From NCBI GenBank assembly GCA_017609985.1, contig JAFCCW010000019.1, positions 1-24,602 on the forward strand: 24,602 nt of DNA. Reading direction: 5' to 3'. A model generated the notes under the pieces. The model saw nothing but the letters and a program-made list of their open reading frames with translations, was not told the origin of the DNA and did no database searches. A program made the translations under genes and the position numbers. Source of the DNA: Candidatus Iainarchaeum sp. GTDB taxonomy: Archaea > Iainarchaeota > Iainarchaeia > Iainarchaeales > JAFCCW01. Below, in pieces: positions 1 to 7,138 of the stretch; the stretch's first letter is position 1; every line of letters starts with the position of its first letter.

Positions 1-5
1 GAGAG

Positions 6-1760
6 TTGGTTGGATTGCTGTTGTCAGTTGACAGCAACTGCGATAAGTGCGGAGACTGCCTCAGGCACTGCCCTAACAAGCTTGAAATTAATGGTCTTAA
101 CTGCAGGCATTGCCCGCCCTCAGAAGCAAAATGCGCAGAAGCTTGCCCGCAAAATGCTTTTTTTGAAACTGCTTCCAGTGTGCTCTCAATCGACAAGAGC
201 AAATGCGATGGCTGTGGAGCTTGTGTTGAAGCCTGTCCTTATTCTGCAATCAGCCTCGTGAACGGCAAGGCAGTAAAATGTGATTTGTGTGCTGATAACA
301 ATTTTTTTCAATTATGCATTGGAGCCTGTCCTTTAAACAAGATAAAACTAGTTCATTCAAAAAAAGACATTGAAAAAATTGAAAAATTCCTTGGCTGGAA
401 TGTTGTTCAGGGAAATCTGAGCACAAACAATATAATTGAAAAAAACAGTCGGGGGCAAAGAATATTTATTGCAGCCCTCCCATCCCTGTCTCTTGGAGAA
501 GCAGAATTATTTTTGGAAACCGTTGAAAAAATACAGTCCTCAAAACAGAACTCGTTTCATGCTTTGAAAAAACAATGCATTGAAAAATGTGCTGAAATTA
601 GTACTGAACAAAAAGAGTATCTTTGCAGATTGCTTGAGATTGACACAAAAAAAGGCGGAGTGCTGAGTGTCTTACTGGACGATGACAGCATTGAAGAAAT
701 TGCAGTAATTGGAGTTGGAAAAGAAAAACCTGTTTTTGTTTTTCACAGAGCATTCGGCTGGATTGAATCAAGCCTTTTCTTTTGTGAAGAAAAAAAGCTT
801 GTTGAAAGCGTTAACAGATTGTGCCGTTCAACTGGAAGAAGACTTTCAATGCAGACTCCGTTGATTAATGCTTCTCTCGAAAACGGAAGCAGGCTTAATG
901 CAGCAATTGAACCTGTTGCTTTTTCTGGACCAAGTGTTACAATAAGAAAGTTCAGGTCAAAAGCTTTTACTCCTGCAGAGCTTGTTTCAAACAAAACATT
1001 CAGCGCAGAGGCAATGGCCTTTGTTTGGACTGCAATGGAAACTGATGCTTCTCTTCTTGTGGCAGGAAACACGGGAAGCGGAAAGACAACATCACTCAAT
1101 GCATTGTTCTGCTTTGTGCCGGAGAACGAGAGAATTGTTGTAGTGGAAGAAACCCCAGAGTTATTTTTTCCGCACAAGCATATTGTGAAATTGAATGTCT
1201 GCGACGAGCGAAGCATTAGAATGCATTCCCTGATTGAAAACACTTTGAGAATGCGCCCTGACAGAATTGTAGTAGGAGAAGTTAGAAGCAGGGAAGAGCT
1301 TTCCTCATTTATTGATACTCTTTTGGCTGGACAGGGAAGAGGAAGCTATGCAACATTCCATTCAACTTCTTCAGAGGAATGCATCAGAAGAATGAGAAAT
1401 CTCGGAGCAGATGAAACAGACTTGTGTTCAATAGACCTGTTGATTTTGCAGAGAAGATGGGTTTCATTCGATGACAAAGGAAAAACAAAAACTGAAAAGA
1501 GAAGAATTATGGAAATTTCAGAAATTGTGCAGAAAGACGGGTGTGTAAAACCAAACAAGATTTTTTCATTCAATTACAGAAAAGACTGTTTGGAAAAGAC
1601 AGGAGAAAGCAGCAGGATAAAGGAAAAAACAAAAAATGCTTTCTCTGGCGCAGAAAACAGTTTTAAGAAAAGCATTCTGAAAAAGAAAAAATTTCTTGAA
1701 ACTGTTTCAAAAAAAACAATCAGCCTGGAAGAGTTTATGAGTGAAATCCATGAAAATTGA
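6..1760 (+). CDS. Type IV pilus/Tad secretion ATPase (CpaF/TadA/VirB11 family) with N-terminal 4x[4Fe-4S] polyferredoxin domain
   Basis: N-terminus has CDKCGDCLRHCP, CRHC-x6-CAEACP, CDGCGACVEACP and CDLC-x8-CIGACP (16 Cys, DmsB/CooF/HydN-like spacing). C-terminal part has TIRKF, Walker A GNTGSGKTT, Asp box VVVEETPEL, LRMRPDRIVVGEVR (Walker B) and ATFHS. The TTG start at 6 is at the window edge and the frame is open upstream, so the true start may lie outside the window. Confidence 0.92.
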   Translation: MVGLLLSVDSNCDKCGDCLRHCPNKLEINGLNCRHCPPSEAKCAEACPQNAFFETASSVLSIDKSKCDGCGACVEACPYSAISLVNGKAVKCDLCADNNFFQLCIGACPLNKIKLVHSKKDIEKIEKFLGWNVVQGNLSTNNIIEKNSRGQRIFIAALPSLSLGEAELFLETVEKIQSSKQNSFHALKKQCIEKCAEISTEQKEYLCRLLEIDTKKGGVLSVLLDDDSIEEIAVIGVGKEKPVFVFHRAFGWIESSLFFCEEKKLVESVNRLCRSTGRRLSMQTPLINASLENGSRLNAAIEPVAFSGPSVTIRKFRSKAFTPAELVSNKTFSAEAMAFVWTAMETDASLLVAGNTGSGKTTSLNALFCFVPENERIVVVEETPELFFPHKHIVKLNVCDERSIRMHSLIENTLRMRPDRIVVGEVRSREELSSFIDTLLAGQGRGSYATFHSTSSEECIRRMRNLGADETDLCSIDLLILQRRWVSFDDKGKTKTEKRRIMEISEIVQKDGCVKPNKIFSFNYRKDCLEKTGESSRIKEKTKNAFSGAENSFKKSILKKKKFLETVSKKTISLEEFMSEIHEN

Positions 1761-2505
1761 AAAACACGAGCTGAAGAAAGCAGTTGAGAAACATGCTGGG
1801 ATTTCCGCAGTCGCAGGAATAATTGTGTGGTTTATTGTGGGGCTTTATTCAAAGAAACTTTTTGAGAGCCTGTTTTTTGGAGCTCTCGCGGGCTTTCTTG
1901 TTCTTGCTATTTTAATTTCAATCCAGTTCAGGAAAAAAAAATTTAAGACAGAGTTGTTCAGAAAAGAACTTCCCTTTGCACTTAATTCTTTTGCGTTAAG
2001 CATTTCGCTTGGAGCCTCTTTTGAAGAAGCTCTTTTGTCAGTAGGGAAAGGAAGCTATGGCTTGGTTTCAGAAGAATTCTGCAAAGCACTAAAGTCAATA
2101 GAAGAAAAAGGCACCAGCGTGCAGGAAGCACTTTTGTCTATTTCAAAGAAATATCAAAACATTGAAATAAAACAGGCAGTGTCAAGGATTATTCTGATTT
2201 ATGAACAGGGAAGCAGAAAAACTAGTGTTGAAGCAATTCACAAAATGTCTTCAGAAATTTTAAGAAAACAGAAAGCCTCAGCACAAGAGTTCTCCGGAAA
2301 GATTGTTGTTTTTTCTCTTGCATTCATCGCAGTTTCCGCAGTCATTCCTGCAATTTTCCAAGCTTATGTTATAATAGGTGGACTTTTTCTTAAAACAAGT
2401 TTCACACCAGTGCAGGTTTTTATTACAATCGCTTTTGTGTTCCCCCTCCTCGATCTCATAATTCTTGCAATAATCAGGTCAAAGACTCCTGTTTTTCTGA
2501 GGTAA
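1750..2505 (+). CDS. TadB/TadC-like (T2SSF family) pilus membrane platform protein
   Basis: Two N-terminal TM helices, then ELPFALNSFALSISLGASFEEAL...GLVSEEF...GTSVQEAL (T2SSF signature) and two C-terminal TMs. Overlaps the ATPase stop. ATG at 1750 preferred over GTG at 1741. Confidence 0.85.
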   Translation: MKIEKHELKKAVEKHAGISAVAGIIVWFIVGLYSKKLFESLFFGALAGFLVLAILISIQFRKKKFKTELFRKELPFALNSFALSISLGASFEEALLSVGKGSYGLVSEEFCKALKSIEEKGTSVQEALLSISKKYQNIEIKQAVSRIILIYEQGSRKTSVEAIHKMSSEILRKQKASAQEFSGKIVVFSLAFIAVSAVIPAIFQAYVIIGGLFLKTSFTPVQVFITIAFVFPLLDLIILAIIRSKTPVFLR

Positions 2506-2551
2506 TTAAAAGAGCGGGTGAGTAGCATGTGGGCAAGTAGTGGGTGAGTAA

Positions 2552-3466
2552 ATGGAATTGATTGAAATTTTTGTTGAAAAAAAAAGAATTCAGTTGCTTG
2601 AAAAAAAACTAGAATGCTCCGGACTTTCATTCAATAATTTTTTGAAACTGTGCATTGCCACAGGTCTTGCAGGAGCAGGAACAATAGGAATTTCTTCTTT
2701 TTGGATTGAATTTTTCAGAGAATTTTTCGTGGCAACAGCAGCGCTTGGCTTTGTTCTTCCCTGCATTCTCTTATTTTTTATTGTGTCCTACAAGTATGAA
2801 AGCCAATTCAGAAAGAAAGAGTCTGCGGTTCCGGAATCTCTTTTGTCTGCTTCAAGCTTTCCCTCAGGCACGACAGCTGAAGAAATTTTGAAAAAACTGG
2901 GGGAAGAAGAAAATGCTCTTGCGCAGGAATTCAAAAAAGCAAGTCAGGAAATAAGACTTGGAGCCGATTTTGACAAGGCATTGATGAATCTTGGAAAAAG
3001 AGTGCAGAGCCCTGTTGTGGACAGAGCAGTTGAACTTTTAGTTCAGGCTTATGGAAGCGGAGCAGACATGAGCCTTGCTTTTAGACAGGCAGCAGAGGAT
3101 ATGCTCGAAACAGAATCAATTATTAGAGAACGGAGAGCAAATCTAATTATTCAAAAATACACACTTCTTTTTGCAGGAGGAATTCTTGTGCCTCTTGTTC
3201 TTGGACTTCTTGAAGGAGTTGTTTCAGGAATTGATTTTTCAATGCTTGAAGAGCTTTCTTTTGGGGGAACAAAACAATACGGAAAAGAACTTGCAGATTC
3301 AGCAGGGATAGCAAGTTTTTTTTATCTTGCAGAATATGCTCTTATTGCGTCTGCCTTTGTTGCGTTTATGGAGGGTAACAGAAAAAATTTTTTCTTTTAC
3401 GCAGTGATTCTATTACCATTGAGTTTTTTTTCCTATTTTGCTGGAAAAATCATTTCAATGGCTTAA
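2552..3466 (+). CDS. TadC/TadB-like (T2SSF family) pilus membrane platform protein
   Basis: TM pair, then ALAQEFKKASQEIRLGADFDKALMNLGKRVQSPVVDRAVELLVQAYGSGAD (T2SSF core) and three C-terminal TMs. Third gene of the ATPase operon. Confidence 0.87.
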   Translation: MELIEIFVEKKRIQLLEKKLECSGLSFNNFLKLCIATGLAGAGTIGISSFWIEFFREFFVATAALGFVLPCILLFFIVSYKYESQFRKKESAVPESLLSASSFPSGTTAEEILKKLGEEENALAQEFKKASQEIRLGADFDKALMNLGKRVQSPVVDRAVELLVQAYGSGADMSLAFRQAAEDMLETESIIRERRANLIIQKYTLLFAGGILVPLVLGLLEGVVSGIDFSMLEELSFGGTKQYGKELADSAGIASFFYLAEYALIASAFVAFMEGNRKNFFFYAVILLPLSFFSYFAGKIISMA

Positions 3467-3498
3467 GCTTGTAAAACAAAGACATAGGGGAGAGCAGG

Positions 3499-3532
3499 TT
3501 TATTAAGAAGTTTAGTTATTTTTTTACTGGTG
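3499..3532 (+). promoter_or_regulatory. Putative TATA box and RBS for the PAC2 gene
   Basis: TTTATTAA at 3499-3506, about 31 nt before ATG 3538, and GGTG at 3529-3532. Confidence 0.45.
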
Positions 3533-3537
3533 TATAG

Positions 3538-4290
3538 ATGAGAGTAGCAGAAATAGAATTTGTAATGACAAAAAAAACAGACCTATCTGGATTTACTCTC
3601 ACAGAGGGTTTCCCAGGCATGGGTCTAGTGGGAACAATTAGTTCAAAATATCTTGTAGAAAAACTCGGGTTTCAAGAAATTGGTTATATGAAGTCAAATA
3701 TTTTTGTTCCAGTCATAAGAATTCACGGAGGCGAACTTGTAAGACCTTCAAGAATTTATGCAAGCAAAAAACACAAACTTGCAGTGATTGTTTCAGAGCA
3801 GATTATTCCAACAGCTTACACAGAAGATGTTGCAAAAGCTATTGTTCAATGGATTAAGAAAAATAAGATTTCAAGAATTATTTCCTTGAGCGGAATTCGC
3901 GCACCAGATACAGAATATAAGAAGAGCGATTCCTGCATTTATGGAATTGCAGCAAATGCAAAATCAAAAAAGTTTCTTGAAAAATATAAAATAAAAATTA
4001 TTCAAGAAGGAATAACCAGCGGCATTACATCTCTTATCCTGCTAGAACTGAAAGCAACCGGAATTGAAGCTGTTTCAATAATGGGCAATGTGCATATTGC
4101 CGCAGACTATGAAGCAGCATCAGACATTCTAAAAAAGCTTGATGAAATCGTGAAACTAAAGATAGACCTGAATCCGCTAAAAAAAGAAGCAAAGGAAACA
4201 GAGTCAGCTCTACTGAAACAGTTAGAGCAAATAAAAAAAGAACACGAGGAAGTCAAAAAGGTTGAAGAGCGGACTCCAATGTACACTTAA
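3538..4290 (+). CDS. PAC2-family proteasome assembly chaperone/activator (PbaA/PbaB-like)
   Basis: Characteristic EGFPGMGLVGTISSKYLVEKL N-terminus, P(S)RIY, ADYEAA, IDLNPLKKEA and a C-terminal HbYX motif (M-Y-T). Confidence 0.88.
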   Translation: MRVAEIEFVMTKKTDLSGFTLTEGFPGMGLVGTISSKYLVEKLGFQEIGYMKSNIFVPVIRIHGGELVRPSRIYASKKHKLAVIVSEQIIPTAYTEDVAKAIVQWIKKNKISRIISLSGIRAPDTEYKKSDSCIYGIAANAKSKKFLEKYKIKIIQEGITSGITSLILLELKATGIEAVSIMGNVHIAADYEAASDILKKLDEIVKLKIDLNPLKKEAKETESALLKQLEQIKKEHEEVKKVEERTPMYT

Positions 4291-4325
4291 ACAAAAACTT
4301 ATACATAATTAAGTATGGTGATATT

Positions 4326-5270
4326 TTGCCGCGAAGACCAAGAGAAAGACCTGAAAGACAGGAACCGGAAAGAAGAGAAGAAGTTTCTCACGAAACTGAA
4401 ATTACCCGAGCTCAGCTTGACAGAGCAAGAGCTGAGGTCTGGGAAAGAATTCCTAAAGAACAGAGAGAAAAGCTAAAGAGAGCCTGGTACAAATCTGGTT
4501 TTCCACAGGGTTTTGTTCCAGTGAGACTTTTTGTTGAAGGTTCAGGAAACAGCACTGCTGGATTTTTGTTTAATAATTTTCAGTCTTCTTCAAAGGCATT
4601 TAATCATATAAAGGCCGGGGCTGCACAAGCTAGAAAAGACGCGAGATTTTCTACAAAAATGTCTTCTTGGATTAAGAAATCTCCTTCAAATGCAAAGAAC
4701 TGGTTTTTGGAAAAAATAAGCCCAAGTTATTGGTTGCCAACCGACAACAGCATTTGGGTTAAATCCGCTTCAAGTCTTAGCAACATAGTTACTGGAACTC
4801 TTGGCTGGGTTTTTGCTCCAAGAAGCAGGTTCAAAACTTCCAGAATGGGAAAGTGGGTGACTGAAAGAAGAATTGCCAGAGCAACTGATTTCTGGAGCTC
4901 AGGCTCAAGACAACTGCTCGAAGAATATGAAAGAAATCCTGGAATGAATCTTGAACAATTGAGAGAAAAAAAAATCGAGCTCGATATAGGAATTCTTAAA
5001 GCATACGGAATAAAGGATGCTGCTAAGATGGCAGAAAGAATTAATTATGGGAGAGAGTACCAGCATGCTGTCAGAGAAACTCCAAGAGAATTTAGTGAGA
5101 CTGGGGGGCAAGAACCGCAAGTTGGAGAAGAAATGCAGCAAGGTGAAGACCAGAGAATGGAACAGCAAAGACCAATAGAGCCAGCTCCAGAACCAGGACA
5201 ACCAGAAAGGGAACAGGGAGAAGAAGGGGAAGAAGAAAATGAAGGAGAAGAGCTTAGGCCTGCTGCCTAA
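4326..5270 (+). CDS. Hypothetical protein with R/E/P-rich N-terminus, Trp/basic core and acidic C-terminal tail
   Basis: 314-codon ORF with a TTG start preceded by GGTGA (4317-4321) and TATA-like TTATACAT (4299-4306). Fills the gap between PAC2 and ribH. No family recognised. Confidence 0.75.
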   Translation: MPRRPRERPERQEPERREEVSHETEITRAQLDRARAEVWERIPKEQREKLKRAWYKSGFPQGFVPVRLFVEGSGNSTAGFLFNNFQSSSKAFNHIKAGAAQARKDARFSTKMSSWIKKSPSNAKNWFLEKISPSYWLPTDNSIWVKSASSLSNIVTGTLGWVFAPRSRFKTSRMGKWVTERRIARATDFWSSGSRQLLEEYERNPGMNLEQLREKKIELDIGILKAYGIKDAAKMAERINYGREYQHAVRETPREFSETGGQEPQVGEEMQQGEDQRMEQQRPIEPAPEPGQPEREQGEEGEEENEGEELRPAA

Positions 5271-5290
5271 CCCTAAACCAACTCCGCCCA

Positions 5291-5349
5291 ACTAACTTTA
5301 TTTCTTATTCTAAGTACTTTAATTTACTTTTTACTTTAATTTACCTTAA
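5291..5349. terminator. T-rich intergenic region between convergent genes, probable terminator with short ACTTTAATTT repeats
   Basis: T-rich on + directly after the 4326-5270 stop, with repeated (T)ACTTTAATTT / ACCTTAATT units. Confidence 0.4.
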
Positions 5350-5751
5350 TTACTTATCACATAGTTTGACTGCTGTTTCAACTGCTCTTCTAGCATAAGA
5401 GTCAACTCGCTCCGCAGCCTGTTGCCGTGTCATCTTCGGTCCTGAAACACCAAAGCCAACTGGCTTGTTGTATTCAAGTGAGAGGTCCATTACCTTTCTA
5501 GAGCAATGACCAGCAACAACATCATCATGAGCTGTGCCACCCTCAATAACTGCCCCCAAAGTTACTACTGCGTCAATCTCTTTTTTTTCAAGAAGACGCT
5601 TTATTGCCAGAGGCATATCAAATGCGCCGGGAACAGAAACTGTTTCCGCAATCTCTGCACCAAGAAACTTTGCATGCTCTTCTGCTCTCTTCAACATCAT
5701 TTGGGTTATGTCATAATTGAATTCAGACACAACAAAACCTATTCTAACCAT
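5350..5751 (-). CDS. ribH: 6,7-dimethyl-8-ribityllumazine synthase
   Basis: [39 protein letters not shown] and [10 protein letters not shown] are archaeal RibH motifs. 133 aa. Confidence 0.96.
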   Translation of the reverse strand: MVRIGFVVSEFNYDITQMMLKRAEEHAKFLGAEIAETVSVPGAFDMPLAIKRLLEKKEIDAVVTLGAVIEGGTAHDDVVAGHCSRKVMDLSLEYNKPVGFGVSGPKMTRQQAAERVDSYARRAVETAVKLCDK

Positions 5752-5866
5752 TTTTCCACACTCCTTTGCATTGATTTTTTCGACTTCAGTTAGTTATTTG
5801 ATTTTATTGATTTTTTGATTCATTAATTTCTTTGTTTGAATTTTGATTCCCTGATTTTTTCAATTT

Positions 5867-6334
5867 TCAAATATTTAATTTTTTAGCGTTTTTTGAACCC
5901 TGTCTCTGCCCGGTTCCAGCTCTTTTTCGAAGAGAATCCTGATTAAACAAAAGGTCAAGTACATTTAGCGCGTGCTTGGATGCCCTATCACGCATTATTT
6001 CAGCAAGCTCTCTGTCATTCCTGCCCTCGTCTTCATGAACAAATACTTCAATTATGTGAGTGTTTGTTGCAAGCTGTGCCTGAATAATTCCTTGAGATGC
6101 TTCATGTGTACAGACCTTGTCAATATCTTCCTTGCCAGGCATTCCGAGCGCAATAACAATATCACATTCTTTTTCTTCAATAAGTTTCTTGCAGGCAACA
6201 GGCAAATCTTTTACTCCTGGGACAGTGAATCTCTCCACTCTGACATCTGGCCTTGCTTCCTTAATTGTTCTTTCAGCTAACCCGCCCATATCTCCGCGGG
6301 CAAACATAGTGTCAGCTATTCCAATTTTTTTCAT
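5867..6334 (-). CDS. ribC: Archaeal-type riboflavin synthase (lumazine-synthase paralog)
   Basis: KIGIADTMFARGDMG, TVPGVKDLPVACKKLIEE, ALGMPG and HIIEVFVHEDE are typical of archaeal RibC. Overlaps the ribK stop. Confidence 0.96.
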   Translation of the reverse strand: MKKIGIADTMFARGDMGGLAERTIKEARPDVRVERFTVPGVKDLPVACKKLIEEKECDIVIALGMPGKEDIDKVCTHEASQGIIQAQLATNTHIIEVFVHEDEGRNDRELAEIMRDRASKHALNVLDLLFNQDSLRKRAGTGQRQGSKNAKKLNI

Positions 6335-6996
6335 TTAATCCCGTCTGAAATTTTTATTTTGTCTCCGTTTTCCAAGGAAAGCTTTTTTCTGAGAAAAACA
6401 GGCGAGACAATTTCAAGAATTTTTTTTCCAAGAGAAGAACGCTCTGGCACAAGAACTGCTGCTTCAATTCCTTTTCCAACCAGCACAGGAAATGCATCTA
6501 TTTTTCCAAAGCTTCTTTCACCGGTTTTGAAACCATCTATTTTCACAGGATTCATTTTCCTGAGAAAATGCTCTGCTTCGTGCTCTTCCACTTTGATATT
6601 AAGAGTTCCTTTGAATGGCTTGAATCCAAGGAGTTTTTTAAACTGCAAAACATAGCTTGGTCTTGAAGTATAATATGCCCCCTCACCCAGACCATCACAA
6701 ACAAGCCCTAAGAGTTCATTTCCTGTTTTGCAAGAAGCCAAGCTTACTGCCCTTTTTCCTGTTTTTTTAAGAAAATTTTTTCCCTTTTCAGAGACTGAAA
6801 GAATTGTTCCTGTTGAAGAAGGAATTCTTTGAACAAGATTCTGAAATTCAAGAGAGCGCATGATTCTCGAAGCAGTCTGCTGTGAAACCATGAGTTTTTT
6901 TGCAAGTTGGGCAGTAGACATTTTAGAGCCTTGGGTGCTTCTGCTGTTTACGTGCTCAGCTATTTCAAGAAGCGCAAAAAATTCAACTGATTTCAT
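6331..6996 (-). CDS. ribK: CTP-dependent riboflavin kinase with N-terminal winged-HTH (RbkR-type bifunctional regulator)
   Basis: HTH region STAQLAKKLMVSQQTASRIMRSLE. Kinase motifs GLGEGAYY, LGFKPFKGTLN, PERS and LEIVSPVFLRKKLSLENGD. Confidence 0.92.
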   Translation of the reverse strand: MKSVEFFALLEIAEHVNSRSTQGSKMSTAQLAKKLMVSQQTASRIMRSLEFQNLVQRIPSSTGTILSVSEKGKNFLKKTGKRAVSLASCKTGNELLGLVCDGLGEGAYYTSRPSYVLQFKKLLGFKPFKGTLNIKVEEHEAEHFLRKMNPVKIDGFKTGERSFGKIDAFPVLVGKGIEAAVLVPERSSLGKKILEIVSPVFLRKKLSLENGDKIKISDGIK

Positions 6997-7017
6997 GAAA
7001 TAAATAAAACTAGAAAA

Positions 7018-7030
7018 TACTTAAAAAAGT
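7018..7030 (-). promoter_or_regulatory. Putative TATA box of the ribK-ribC-ribH operon overlapping a small inverted repeat (possible RbkR operator)
   Basis: Minus strand reads TTTTTAAGTA about 22 nt before ATG 6996 (leaderless geometry). ACTT-AAAA-AAGT dyad at 7019-7030. Confidence 0.35.
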
Positions 7031-7138
7031 TATGCTTAACCTTTTTGGGTTGTTTTGTGTTGCATTGATTGCATTAGTTGCTTTGAGTTGCTTTCCCAAG
7101 ATTGTGCGATTGGATTGCTCAGTTAAATTGTTGCTCTA

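Noticed and set aside
743-1573. Antisense ORFs within the ferredoxin-ATPase, and similar nested ORFs elsewhere in the track
   Set aside because: Fully overlap well-supported genes and show no motifs or expression signals.
5266-5289. Telomere-like CCTAACCCTAAACC and G-rich minus strand (possible G-quadruplex)
   Set aside because: Only two imperfect units and mostly GG tracts. Compatible with chance.
5794-5823. Tiny ORF (MNQKINKIK) upstream of ribH as a leader peptide
   Set aside because: Nine codons inside a low-complexity tract, with no attenuator structure seen.
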